64,000 bases of DNA from Promethearchaeati archaeon SRVP18_Atabeyarchaeia-1 (GTDB lineage Archaea; Asgardarchaeota; Atabeyarchaeia; Atabeyarchaeales; Atabeyarchaeaceae), in assembly GCA_037308085.1 (NCBI GenBank), contig CP147779.1, positions 480,001-544,000 of the forward strand, read 5' to 3'. Each line of letters starts with the position of its first letter. The first letter of the stretch is position 1. The position numbers were made by a program, and so were the translations under genes. Positions 1 through 10,033 of this stretch are shown here, in pieces. The notes under the pieces are model-generated. The model was not told the origin of the DNA. It worked only from the letters and a program-made list of their open reading frames with translations, and ran no database searches.

Positions 1-565
1 TGAAGTTCATCCCTGTCACTGGGTCGCCTCCAATTCCCAAGCATGTCGACTGGCCTATGCCCGAATTCGTCAGGTTTGCCGCGATCTCGTACGTCAAAGT
101 CCCTGATCTACTTATGATCCCGACATTTCCTCTCTTGAATACATGTCCCGGCATTATTCCAAGCTTGCACTCACCAGGGGTTATGATTCCTGGCGTGTTG
201 GGACCGATCACTCTTACCCCTTTCTCAGAGGCCACCCGAGCTATGACGATTTCATCATGAACTGGGATGCCCTCGGTTATTATCACAACGGGGTTCAGAT
301 TTGCGTCGATGGCCTCTAAAGCTGCATCTTTTGCAAAAGGCGCAGGAACAAATATAATGGAAGAATTCGCGTCGTGGTTTTCAAGGGCTTCCTGGATTGA
401 ATCATATACAGGAATTCCTTCTATGCTCTGACCTGACCTACCGGGTGCTGATCCCGCAACGATGCTTGTACCGTACTCGAGCATCATTTTTGTGTGAAAG
501 AGCCCTTGCTTCCCCGTTATGCCTTGAACAATAACCTTCGTGTTCTTGTTGACAAGTATTGGCAT
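1..565 (-). CDS. sucD: Succinyl-CoA synthetase alpha subunit (runs off the window start)
   Basis: Manual translation [25 protein letters not shown]...IGPNTPGII...SRSGTLTYE...GIGGDP; absent from the ORF track because it is truncated. Confidence 0.95.
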   Translation of the reverse strand, partial: MPILVNKNTKVIVQGITGKQGLFHTKMMLEYGTSIVAGSAPGRSGQSIEGIPVYDSIQEALENHDANSSIIFVPAPFAKDAALEAIDANLNPVVIITEGIPVHDEIVIARVASEKGVRVIGPNTPGIITPGECKLGIMPGHVFKRGNVGIISRSGTLTYEIAANLTNSGIGQSTCLGIGGDPVTGMNF

Positions 566-592
566 TTAATATGCACCTCACGGATCATGTCT

Positions 593-1726
593 CTAGCGGG
601 AAACTTGTACAGCTTTCATGGCTGCGTCCTCCATGGTATCTAGAACTTCTATCCCAGCCTTGTTGAGTATGCTCCTTCCCTCAGCTTCATTTGTGCCCAC
701 CATTCGCACTACTAACGGCTTGTCGATCCCAACCTTGTTTCTTGCCTCGATTATCCCTACTGCCATTTCGTCGCAACGTGTTATACCGCCGAGAATATTG
801 ATCAATATGACCTTCGAATTTGGATGCGAAGACACTATTTGAAGCGCTTTTAGCATTCTTTCTGACGCTGCGCCTCCACCGACATCAAGAAAGTTGGCTG
901 GCTTTCCTCCATACAGATCTACCATGTCAAGGGTCGCCATTACAAGACCTGCACCGTTTCCTATGATTGAAACGTTTCCCTCCAACTCGACGTAGGACAT
1001 GCCGGCCTCTCTTGCTTCGGCTTCCCTTTCGTTGAGTTCGTCACCTATAGCGACTCTTGACTCGAGGTCTTTGTGGCGAAAAAGGGAATTGTCGTCCACG
1101 TTCAACCGAGCATCAGCCGCAACTAGTCGGCCATCTTCTGTTCTGACAAATGGGTTTGATTCAACGAGCTCGGCATCATACTCACGCATTATTCTCCACA
1201 GTTTCAGCATGACCTTCGATGCGTCCCCTAGCTCGGCATCAGCGAACCCCGCTTTTCTGGCAATCATCCTTGCCTCGAATTCACACATTCCAAGCAGTGG
1301 ATCGATATATCTTCTGACTATCTTCTCCGGAGAGCTTTTGGCGACTTCTTCGATGTCCATCCCTCCCATCGAACTTGCCAAGGCGACGGGTTTCCTACTT
1401 GAACGATCAATTGTTATTCCAATGTAGAATTCGTGCTGTATTCTGAGCTTCTCCTCGACTAACACCCCACCGACGACCAGACCATGGATCTTTGTGCCAA
1501 GAACCATCCGCGCCAGCTCTTCTGCTTCGTCGGGGGTGTCGGCAAATTTGATTCCTCCTGCTTTTCCTCTTCCCCCCACCAAGACCTGCGCTTTCAAGAC
1601 AACAGGACATCCAATTTCATTAGCCAGCTTCTTGGCTGCCTCCGGCTCGGTTACGTATCCTCTCCTCGGAACTGGAATGCCAATTCCTTCGAAGACGGAC
1701 TTCGCCTCGTATTCAAAGAATCTCAT
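593..1726 (-). CDS. sucC: Succinyl-CoA synthetase beta subunit
   Basis: MRFFEYEAK start, KAQVLVGGRGKAGG, GNGAGLVMATLD, NFLDVGGGA; adjacent to sucD. Confidence 0.96.
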   Translation of the reverse strand: MRFFEYEAKSVFEGIGIPVPRRGYVTEPEAAKKLANEIGCPVVLKAQVLVGGRGKAGGIKFADTPDEAEELARMVLGTKIHGLVVGGVLVEEKLRIQHEFYIGITIDRSSRKPVALASSMGGMDIEEVAKSSPEKIVRRYIDPLLGMCEFEARMIARKAGFADAELGDASKVMLKLWRIMREYDAELVESNPFVRTEDGRLVAADARLNVDDNSLFRHKDLESRVAIGDELNEREAEAREAGMSYVELEGNVSIIGNGAGLVMATLDMVDLYGGKPANFLDVGGGAASERMLKALQIVSSHPNSKVILINILGGITRCDEMAVGIIEARNKVGIDKPLVVRMVGTNEAEGRSILNKAGIEVLDTMEDAAMKAVQVSR

Positions 1727-2001
1727 GATTCGGAACCCACCAGTCAAAGCGTTTCGCAATAGGCCTCTTTGCCCGCGTATCCTACAATCTTCTCTCCCTA
1801 AGGGTTATCCCATTGATCTGCCGTATTATTTATGTTCCGGAGTCTTTTAAGTTTAGGTTCATGGCAGTTCGCTAAGCTCCGCTAACTTTATTAGCGAGGC
1901 AATCATTAACAAAAATCACGGTGACTACAGCACAGTTGTGCTTCAGCTACAACGACAACTAGAGAAAAAAGGAAAAAGGAGCAAAAGGTGATAATCAGAA
2001 T

Positions 2002-2283
2002 ATGCCCGAAAGATCAGAAGAGAATACTGTATTCGTCGGAGTTAAACCCCCAATGAATTATGTCCTCGCAGTAATAACGCTTTTTCACGATAACGCCAAG
2101 TCAGTTAGTATAAAGGCGCGGGGACGAGCAATCAGTCGAGCAGTGGATGTCGCTGAAATAGTACGCAATAGATTCATGTCAGACGTAAAGGTCAAAGACA
2201 TCGCCATAGGCACAGAACAAATAACTGGGGAGCAAGGAAACAAGATCAGTGTCAGCACGATGGAGATAAATCTCTCCAAATAG
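2002..2283 (+). CDS. albA: DNA/RNA-binding protein Alba
   Basis: [25 protein letters not shown] motifs. Confidence 0.96.
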   Translation: MPERSEENTVFVGVKPPMNYVLAVITLFHDNAKSVSIKARGRAISRAVDVAEIVRNRFMSDVKVKDIAIGTEQITGEQGNKISVSTMEINLSK

Positions 2284-2491
2284 GAAGGAGGGGTTGTTGT
2301 CCCCAAGGCCCTTTACATCTCTCCTTTTTTGATAGCTTTCTGCCTCTCTTGTATCCTCTTTTCTTAGCGAGCTACCGCCCTAAAGGGTGTGGACTCTCTG
2401 GCTCGATTATGGCAAAGCTTTTATTGGCGGGCATTTATCCCGTATTTAGTTTGAAGGAAGAGCAGACGACACCTGAGATGCATGATCCAAA

Positions 2492-2998
2492 ATGAAGACT
2501 CCGATCTGTACGATTGACATCAAGGGCGGCTTTCTGTGCAGTCGATGTCAGGATAAATTGGATAAGGGTCTGATTACCCAACTTGACATAGATGTGGCGA
2601 AAGAACTCCTGTCCTTCGAAGACAAGACTCCTAGCCTAAAAGACGTTGATTTCAAGAGAGCAATCGATACAGGCTCCATGATAGTTGTGTTAGTAGGTCA
2701 CGGGAATCTGCCCGAGGCACTTGGACCAAGAGGGAAAATCCTTAAGGAACTTGAGAAAAGGTTTAACAGGAGTATAAGAGTCATAGAAGAGAATTCCAAC
2801 ATCAGGAGAACAATCGAAGACTTGGTGACTCCCGCAACAGTGCTAGGCATCAATACCTTGTGGCTTCCCGATGGAAGCCTCGAAAAAAAGGTGAGGCTGA
2901 ACCTCAGCGACCCAAAGAGACTGCCTACAGATATTCATGTCATCGAAGAGACCGTGAAGTCTCTTACTGGAGAAAGGGTAAGGATAGTATTTGAATAG
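2492..2998 (+). CDS. Archaeal NusA-like KH-domain protein with N-terminal Cys cluster
   Basis: MKTPIC...LCSRCQ N-terminus, degenerate KH GPRG motif, VLGINTLWLPDG. Confidence 0.75.
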   Translation: MKTPICTIDIKGGFLCSRCQDKLDKGLITQLDIDVAKELLSFEDKTPSLKDVDFKRAIDTGSMIVVLVGHGNLPEALGPRGKILKELEKRFNRSIRVIEENSNIRRTIEDLVTPATVLGINTLWLPDGSLEKKVRLNLSDPKRLPTDIHVIEETVKSLTGERVRIVFE

Positions 2999-3055
2999 TG
3001 GGTTCCTCTGCAAGTTGGCTACTGTTATCGCATCCAAGAATCGCGTCTACAACTT

Positions 3056-3190
3056 GGGCGGGTGATCTAGTTCGGTTATGATGCCACGCTCACACTAAGT
3101 CGCGATAGAAAGGAGTAAACCGTGGATGAATATACTATGAGTCGAGTTGTTCAACGAGTGTCGAGAGTTCAAATCTCTCCCCGCCCACCA
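3056..3190 (+). tRNA. tRNA-Val(CAC) with two introns (about 3094-3118 and 3127-3158)
   Basis: Acceptor GGGCGGG/CCCGCCC+ACCA; anticodon stem CCACG/CGTGG around CT-CAC-AC after splicing; T arm GAGAG-TTCAAAT-CTCTC; relaxed BHB motifs. Confidence 0.88.
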
Positions 3191-3236
3191 ACCCCACTTG
3201 ACTTCGACTAGATAATCTTGTTTGGAGGAAAATCGT

Positions 3237-3437
3237 ATGCCTAAAGAACTTCGCGAAGAAGAAATCAAGGATTTCGTCGAATTGTCAAAAGCGGCCGAGG
3301 AATGCCGGGTTAAGCGGATCGGTGATACAGTCAAGCTGAAGTTGAGGACTAGCCGATATCTGTACACACTGAAGCTGAAACCTGACAAGGCAGAAGAGAT
3401 TGTAAAGAACCTTGGTTGCCCAGTGATTGAAGGCTAG
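3237..3437 (+). CDS. rpl38e: Ribosomal protein eL38
   Basis: MPKEL...VKLKLRTSRYLYTLK motif. Confidence 0.9.
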   Translation: MPKELREEEIKDFVELSKAAEECRVKRIGDTVKLKLRTSRYLYTLKLKPDKAEEIVKNLGCPVIEG

Positions 3438-3486
3438 CTGTTTCCTGACAAATTCGCGTTTCGGCGTCTCTCCCATTTCTGCCTGT

Positions 3487-4386
3487 TTAGATAGAGAGTA
3501 TCATGAATACCACTATCGGAACCGCTCCTATCAAGCTAGTTATTGGGAGACCCGGCAAGAACTCCCTTTTTTTCAGGAGCTGCAGCGTCAAGATAGAACC
3601 TATGATAATACCTACTATTGAGAAAATGCAGGCAATCAAACCAAACTGCGTCTCAGCGAGGGAAATGAGCATAGAATAGATGCCAAGGTCTCCAAGACCG
3701 ATCTCCCAGTCGCTGGATACGTAGCTAAGACCAGGAATCACTTCCTGCCGATCCTTTGAGACTTTCACGATCTCCTTTATTGGACCACTCCTGACAGAGT
3801 ATATGTCGTAGATCGAGATCCCCATCACCATCAGAAGACCCGTCCAGAGTGGCAGAGTTGTACCAAGTAGAGTACCTATTCCGCCACCATACACCACTGC
3901 AGCCAGGTTTTTTGCTCCTTGGGAGACCCGCGTGCTTAGTATAATATAGACTAGTATTATGTTCAGAGCCAAACCCAGCGGAATCGCTATCATGAATGCG
4001 TTTTCACTCTGAAGATTGCCGACCGTGACCATCAGCGCACTTCCAATAATGATTGAGAATATTGTAGAACCCGCCAAGACGAAACCTGTTCCGATAAATG
4101 CCTTCAAAAGGAGTTGCCTTCGCTTCCTCAAAATAAAGAGAATAACGAATCCACCAATGAGAGGAAGCACCGAAAGGATTATCGCATTTATGCCGGCTGC
4201 AAAGATTCCGCCTTCCGATTCAGGCACAAACTCGATCGGAGCGAGAACAATGGCGCTTATGGTCAGGTAAGTAAAGATCGCTGAAAACACGACAGAAGCC
4301 ACAATAGGCTTCATAAACGGAACCGCTCTACCGGCTTTAGCATTCTGCCTATCGTCCTTCGACCGCGAATTACCCAAACCAATCAT
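3487..4386 (-). CDS. Presenilin-family intramembrane aspartyl protease
   Basis: Multi-TM; YD (SIYDIYSV), GLGD and LPGLP motifs. Confidence 0.88.
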   Translation of the reverse strand: MIGLGNSRSKDDRQNAKAGRAVPFMKPIVASVVFSAIFTYLTISAIVLAPIEFVPESEGGIFAAGINAIILSVLPLIGGFVILFILRKRRQLLLKAFIGTGFVLAGSTIFSIIIGSALMVTVGNLQSENAFMIAIPLGLALNIILVYIILSTRVSQGAKNLAAVVYGGGIGTLLGTTLPLWTGLLMVMGISIYDIYSVRSGPIKEIVKVSKDRQEVIPGLSYVSSDWEIGLGDLGIYSMLISLAETQFGLIACIFSIVGIIIGSILTLQLLKKREFLPGLPITSLIGAVPIVVFMILSI

Positions 4387-4474
4387 CTCATTGCCGATCG
4401 GTGATTACTGGCTTTACCTCTTGTTAATATAAGCCTGACCGGTATAATAATCATAGCAGGGGGTCTATTAGCGG

Positions 4475-4813
4475 GTGGTAAAGCATCTCGCAAGCAAGCT
4501 ACTGAGAGTACCTATTCTTGATGACGAGAGCCAGAGGATTGGCAGATTGAGTGACATCCTCGTCGAAACGCGCACAGGCAACTTGACGTATCTTGTCATC
4601 GATAAGGTTGACTCTCAGACCTTTCTTGAAATCGTGCAACAGCTGCCAACTGGGGAATCGGTCATACCCGTTTCCGTTGCGAAGCTTGGCGATGACTCAG
4701 TAATCGTAGACGCGAAGAAACTAAAGCTACTGTCTTTGAAGAAGAGCTTGAAGAAAAGGGCCTTTTTGGCGAAGAGTGCCGGCACCAGTCAAACTGGTGA
4801 AAGCCCGCACTAA
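4475..4813 (+). CDS. PRC-barrel domain protein
   Basis: IGRLSDILVETRTGNLTYLV pattern; IPVS..KLGDDSVIV. Confidence 0.75.
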   Translation: MVKHLASKLLRVPILDDESQRIGRLSDILVETRTGNLTYLVIDKVDSQTFLEIVQQLPTGESVIPVSVAKLGDDSVIVDAKKLKLLSLKKSLKKRAFLAKSAGTSQTGESPH

Positions 4814-4814
4814 G

Positions 4815-6074
4815 TCAGATATTAAAGGAATCTCCAATGCTTGGAGCAACTGCCTCGATTCCGAGTTCATCTTTTGCTCTTTCTGCGAGCGAGATGCAGG
4901 CCTCCTTTTCGCCATGTACGACGTACACTTTTGTCGATGAGTCCAATCTGCTCAAGATGCTCCAGAGTTCTGATTTTCCGCAATGGCTAGAGAAGTCGAA
5001 GAACTTGACTTTCGACTTTGCCACTCTCCTTTCACCGTTTTCGGCAGTATAGGTCCCACCATCCATAAGCGCTCTGCCGTTAGTTCCAGGTATCTGATAG
5101 CTAACCAAGAAGATCCCGTTTCTGGGGTCTTGGGAAAATGCGTTCAGATAACCGACTGCTGCCCCGCCATCAAGCATGCCTGCTGATGCGACTACGATCC
5201 CTGGATTTGAAAGCGCTCTCTGCTTGTCTTTCTTCCCACGAACCCAAACTGCCCTTTCTAGAGCTTTGTTGAGCAGAGCATGATCTTTGATGAAGCTCGG
5301 GTTATGCCGAATTATCTTGCTTGCAGCTCTCACCATGCCATCTATAGTTGTAGTATAGTTGATGCCATATCTCTCAAGTATGCAGAGAATCTCCTGTGAC
5401 CTAGCTACAGCAAACGCGGGGATCAGGACCTTTCCTCCCTCTCCCTCGACTATCTCCTTGACAGATTCGATGAACTGTTTCTCGGTGTCATTCCTGTTGG
5501 GATGATCCTGAAGTGCATACGTGCCCTCTATTATGATGGCATCAAGAGACGAGACATCAAAGTTTGCCCCGCCCAAGAGCCTAGTCTCAACGGTATTTAT
5601 GTCCCCAGTCACAAGGACTTTCTTGTCTTCAGCTTCAATAAGAGTTGATATGCTGCCAGGGATGTGACCTGCATCTAGAAAGGTCAGTAGGAAACTGTCG
5701 TTCAATCCGATCTCTTCGCCTATCCCCGTAGGGTGGCTCTTACCCATCATTCTGGAAAGCTCATGCTCCTCGAAGGGGAGCAGTTCTCCACTCAGGTTTA
5801 TCTCGTCAGTTAGCAGAAGCTCAGTGAGTTCGAGTGTCATCTGTGTTGAGTAAAGGTCAGCCTTGCCTGAGACATAAAGCAGTGGCAAACTGCCAGAATG
5901 GTCCAGATGGGAATGCGTAAGTATCACGGCCGACAAATCACGAGGAGAACATGGTAACGGGAAGTGAGGAGTGTCATCCATGTAGATCCCATAGTCAACT
6001 AGGGCAGAAACGTGATTTGACTTCAGAAGAACCGCGGATCCGCCTATTGTACGACATCCACCCAGGAAATGCAA
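4815..6074 (-). CDS. MBL-fold beta-CASP ribonuclease (aCPSF2-like)
   Basis: THSHLDHSG, AGHIPGS, TGD, EGTY, FSSH, VHGE motifs. Confidence 0.9.
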   Translation of the reverse strand: MHFLGGCRTIGGSAVLLKSNHVSALVDYGIYMDDTPHFPLPCSPRDLSAVILTHSHLDHSGSLPLLYVSGKADLYSTQMTLELTELLLTDEINLSGELLPFEEHELSRMMGKSHPTGIGEEIGLNDSFLLTFLDAGHIPGSISTLIEAEDKKVLVTGDINTVETRLLGGANFDVSSLDAIIIEGTYALQDHPNRNDTEKQFIESVKEIVEGEGGKVLIPAFAVARSQEILCILERYGINYTTTIDGMVRAASKIIRHNPSFIKDHALLNKALERAVWVRGKKDKQRALSNPGIVVASAGMLDGGAAVGYLNAFSQDPRNGIFLVSYQIPGTNGRALMDGGTYTAENGERRVAKSKVKFFDFSSHCGKSELWSILSRLDSSTKVYVVHGEKEACISLAERAKDELGIEAVAPSIGDSFNI

Positions 6075-6282
6075 TAACGTGATTCAGCAGACCCCCAAAG
6101 TTGAACAAGGTTGGATCATGCATCTAGTTTGAGTTCGATGCTACTTTGAAAAGCTTCCTAACCTAACTAACCGCAAACTTAAATAAACGTTTCCAAATGC
6201 TTCCTAGCGAGAAGAAAGCGAAATAAGCGATTCCAGAAGTATTTGGAGTGCAGGCATAGAAGTCGGCAACCTATTTGCTGCA

Positions 6283-7020
6283 TTGAGGTGTGTGGCGAGA
6301 GTGACAATCAGAATAGCTTTGTATGATGACAAAGAGGACGTGAAGAACTGCCACTTCTTAACCGGCTTCCACGGAGTAGGGCTGACCGGCTATATCACAG
6401 TCAACCATATTGTGAAGTCGCTACACGCACATCCTATTGGTTATGTAGAAACTCAACACCAGCCCGCTTTAGTTTCGCTGGCAGAAGAAAGGATATCTTT
6501 TCCGTTCGAGATTTTCAGACACGACGACATTGTGATACTCTTCCCCAGGGTGCAACCCAAGCGGTCTGAAGTCAGGGAATTCACACGCGAGATGGTCAAA
6601 TGGGTTACCGAGAATGAAATGAAGGATGCAGTATTAATCGGTGGGTTGGACAACAGATTCAAACAAGAGAATGCAACAATGAGATGTGTTCCCACAAGAC
6701 CTTCACTTGACAGAGCGAAGACTTTGAATATCCCATTGCTGGAGGAAGCTCTTTTCGTCACCGGACCGCTGGCGCTGATGCTAACGTATTTTGAGATGAA
6801 GACCTTCCCCGCTATTGCATTATTGCCATACTCAGAGAGAGGCCGACCGGATCCCAGAGCTGCGGCCTTGGCGGTCAAGGAGATTAACAGCCTATTCTCC
6901 CTGAACGTCGACGATCTCGAGTTAATCAACGATGCGAAGAGAATAGAGGATGAAGTGACCAAGATAATAAACGGGCAAAAAGAAAAGGCAGGCGACGATT
7001 CCCAGACAATGTACACTTAG
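6283..7020 (+). CDS. PAC2-family proteasome assembly chaperone
   Basis: TGFHGVGLTG, IGGLD, GPLALML, PDPRAAA; start uncertain. Confidence 0.85.
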   Translation: MRCVARVTIRIALYDDKEDVKNCHFLTGFHGVGLTGYITVNHIVKSLHAHPIGYVETQHQPALVSLAEERISFPFEIFRHDDIVILFPRVQPKRSEVREFTREMVKWVTENEMKDAVLIGGLDNRFKQENATMRCVPTRPSLDRAKTLNIPLLEEALFVTGPLALMLTYFEMKTFPAIALLPYSERGRPDPRAAALAVKEINSLFSLNVDDLELINDAKRIEDEVTKIINGQKEKAGDDSQTMYT

Positions 7021-7177
7021 AGTTCTGTCCCTGACCGATTCTGCTTTTATCGAGGCACTTTTCCGTCGTCTCAGATCATACAACCCCACAACTTCTGAAA
7101 CATCTGAAAACATTTATGAGACGAATGTTTCATTCAAACTGCTATCGTATTTTTCATCAAAAACGAGGTGATTAACA

Positions 7178-8468
7178 GTGGAAGAATACGCTGTCAAAGA
7201 CTTAAGCCTAGCACCTCAAGGACATAGCAAAATAGATTGGGCGGAATCTCACATGCCAGTTCTCATGATAATTCGTGAACGATTCGCAAAAGAGAAGCCA
7301 CTGGCTGGCAAGAGAGTATCAGCTTGTCTTCACGTAACCAAAGAGACGGCCGTGCTAGCAAGGACGCTCCGCGCGGGTGGAGCCAAGGTCGCGCTGTGCG
7401 CATCCAATCCTTTGTCGACGCAAGACGATGTTGCAGCCGCTTTGGCCAACGAGGGTTTCAACGTATATGCTTGGAGAGGCCAGAATACAGAGGAATACTA
7501 TGATTGCGTAAACAACGTGCTTAACTACGCCCCTAATATCACTCTGGACGACGGGGCTGACCTGATCACAAGCATTCACACGAAACGCCAAGAACTATTC
7601 AAAGGAGTGATAGGTGGATGCGAAGAAACTACTACTGGCGTAATCCGACTCAGGGCCATGGCAAAGCAGAAAGTCCTCAAATACCCAGTGATAGCTGTCA
7701 ATGATGCACAGACCAAATGGTTCTTTGACAACCGCTATGGAACTGGGCAAAGTAGCATCGACGGAATATTGCGGTCGACCTCGGTTCTACTTGCTGGAAC
7801 AAAAGCAGTTGTCGCCGGGTACGGTTGGTGCGGGAGAGGGATAGCGACTCGATTGAAAGGTATGGGATGCAGGGTGATTATCTCTGAGGTAAACCCCCTA
7901 AGAGCTCTTGAAGCAGTGATGGATGGGTTTGACGTAATGCCCATGTCTGATGCAGCAAGACAAGCAAGACTTTTCGTGACGTCCACTGGAGACAAGAAGG
8001 TGATAACAAGGGAGCATATAGACGCCATGCAGGATGGATCAATACTTGCTAATGCTGGGCACTTCAACGTCGAAATATGGGTTCCTGACCTTGAGAGTTT
8101 GTCTGTAAAGAAGAGAGAGATAAGGTCGAACGTCGAGGAATACACCCTAAAGGATGGACGACGAATATACCTATTGGCTGAAGGGAGACTCGTCAATCTG
8201 GCTGCGGCTGAGGGGCACCCCAGTGTTTGCTTCAGCAGTAACTAGCTGGGCAACTGGACAGGTCATGGATATGAGCTTCTCAGATCAAGCTCTCTCAGCT
8301 GAATACCTAGCTAAGGAAGGAAAAACACTGAAACCAGAGGTCTACCTTGTTCCGGCAAGAATAGACAATCTCGTCGCCGAATTGAAGTTGGAGTCGATGG
8401 GGATCAAGATAGACAAACTGACAGAGGAGCAGAAGGAGTACTCGCAAGGATGGACTGAGGGGACATAG
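7178..8468 (+). CDS. ahcY: S-adenosylhomocysteine hydrolase, two exons (7178-8225 and 8260-8468), 418 aa after splicing
   Basis: [47 protein letters not shown]|EVMDMSF; the frame break is explained exactly by a 34-nt BHB intron. Confidence 0.95.
8226..8259 (+). other. BHB-type mRNA intron in ahcY (34 nt)
   Basis: h ACC/GGT, central helix CCAG/CTGG, bulges TG^T and AC^A, inner stem TTGC/GCAA plus CAGC/GCTG; excision joins G+AG into a Glu codon. Confidence 0.9.
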
Positions 8469-8551
8469 TCTCCTCTCCCCCGTCTTTGTGGCACAGGATG
8501 GCGCTCAAGTAGATTTGCCCCGTTATCGCCAAAACACGGTGAGAAGTCAGT

Positions 8552-9199
8552 ATGGAAGAAAAAGACGGCCTCGGACGGGCACCCAACGCCAGCCCGACGA
8601 GAAGAGTCCATATAGCCGACATTTTTGCCACCGAGAATTCCGAACCGGCCCCTTCAAAGAATGAGCGGCTAGCCAACGTCAAGATCTATGGGATAGTAAT
8701 GGATAAGAGAGTTTTCCGCAGCGAAGGTAAGGTTGACTATGGAGTCATTTCAATCGATGACGGCAGCGGATTCTTGATCCAGATAAAAACCTGGAGTGGC
8801 GAGACATCAGCAGTTGAAAAGATGGCAGTGGGAGATATGATTGACGTTGTAGGAAAAGTAAAGAAAAAGAATGCGGATGTCTATGTTATTCCAAGTATAG
8901 TTCGCAAAATCGAAGACCCCAACTGGGAGACAGTAAGAGAACTGGAGATAATGAAGGATTCTCTGGTAGAGAGCAAGGCAAGACTAACAAGGAGTGCGCC
9001 GCCTACACCTCATTCCAAAAGCATCGAATCAGAAATACTTGAAATAATAGAGGGGGGTAGCAACAGCGTCGGCGTCGAATACAAAGAACTGATAAAGCGC
9101 ATCGAACACTCGAGTGAGGAAGAGATTAAAAAGACTCTGAAGGAACTACTTGATCAAGGAAAGATCTATGAGTCAAGGCCGAATAGGTATAGAAAATGA
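8552..9199 (+). CDS. OB-fold plus winged-helix protein, RPA32/RPA2-like ssDNA-binding subunit
   Basis: VKIYGIV...IDDGSG...GDMIDVVGKV OB fold; DPNWE; C-terminal LLDQGKIYE wHTH. Confidence 0.75.
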   Translation: MEEKDGLGRAPNASPTRRVHIADIFATENSEPAPSKNERLANVKIYGIVMDKRVFRSEGKVDYGVISIDDGSGFLIQIKTWSGETSAVEKMAVGDMIDVVGKVKKKNADVYVIPSIVRKIEDPNWETVRELEIMKDSLVESKARLTRSAPPTPHSKSIESEILEIIEGGSNSVGVEYKELIKRIEHSSEEEIKKTLKELLDQGKIYESRPNRYRK

Positions 9200-9227
9200 C
9201 GACTCGGAGCTGGAGGTAAGAAATCTT

Positions 9228-9641
9228 ATGGGCGAGTACGACTATGAGCATCTGCTTGACAGGGCAAGGTCTTCGGTCCCTGAAAAACTCTTTGCGAAGG
9301 ATAGGTTTGACGTTCCATTGGCGTCAATCTTTCCAGAAGGAAGCAGGACGTTCGTTCTGAACTTTAAGGAAATCTGCGATACATTAAATCGTGACCCAAA
9401 CCAGCTGATGAAGTTCCTTCTTAGGGAGCTGGCCACATCAGGACTCGTTGAGGGTAACAGAGCCGTTTTTCAAGGCAAATTCTCTGACTCGACTCTTAAT
9501 GATCTCATCAAGAGGTACACGAAGGACTATGTATTGTGCCCACTCTGTGGTCAGCCTGATACGACGCTGAAGAAGGAGGGGAGGGTAACCATTCTTGTGT
9601 GTGACGCGTGTGGGGCCAGAAACCCTGTGAGACCTACGTAG
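9228..9641 (+). CDS. eif2b: Translation initiation factor aIF-2 beta
   Basis: YEHLLDRA, LNRDP..KFLLRELAT, CPLC..PDT..CDACGA zinc ribbon. Confidence 0.95.
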   Translation: MGEYDYEHLLDRARSSVPEKLFAKDRFDVPLASIFPEGSRTFVLNFKEICDTLNRDPNQLMKFLLRELATSGLVEGNRAVFQGKFSDSTLNDLIKRYTKDYVLCPLCGQPDTTLKKEGRVTILVCDACGARNPVRPT

Positions 9642-9672
9642 TTGACCCCATAGGTACGAATGAGGGAAAACT

Positions 9673-9969
9673 ATGGAGATATACCTGAAGGAATTCCACT
9701 CAAAGGGAGATGTGGTCGTTGCGGCTTGCGACCCAGAACTCCTTGGAAAATGTTTCAAAGAAGGCAGACTAGTGTTAGACGTGAGAAAGGAGTTCTATGA
9801 AGGGTCCCTAGTAAGCGTTGAGGAGGCGCTAGCGGCAATAGAATCTTCAACGATAGCAAACATTGTCGGAGAGAAGATCGTATTCAACGCAATCAAAGCA
9901 GGTCTCATTTGCGAGGAGAGCGTGCTAACAATCTCAAAAGTTCCACACGCTCAGAGGATTGTACTCTGA
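9673..9969 (+). CDS. DUF424 family protein
   Basis: VAACDPELLGK, FYEG, NIVGE, VPHAQ; conserved neighbour of aIF-2 beta. Confidence 0.85.
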   Translation: MEIYLKEFHSKGDVVVAACDPELLGKCFKEGRLVLDVRKEFYEGSLVSVEEALAAIESSTIANIVGEKIVFNAIKAGLICEESVLTISKVPHAQRIVL

Positions 9970-10033
9970 TACGAGTATCCTTCAGTTGTGCCTCCACTTT
10001 TTCGTGTATGATGTCGCGACAGGTGAGCAAAGA

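Noticed and set aside
8225-8261. Spliceosomal-like GT...TAAC...CAG boundaries (37 nt) that would also restore the ahcY frame
   Set aside because: This would delete the residue between GHPS and VMD that family members retain; the BHB cut sites give the exact consensus and no spliceosome is known in archaea. Junction reads would discriminate.
8154-8468. ahcY as a pseudogene, sequencing frameshift or separate 104-aa ORF
   Set aside because: The break is a discrete 34-nt structured insertion, not a 1-nt indel, and both halves are otherwise intact.
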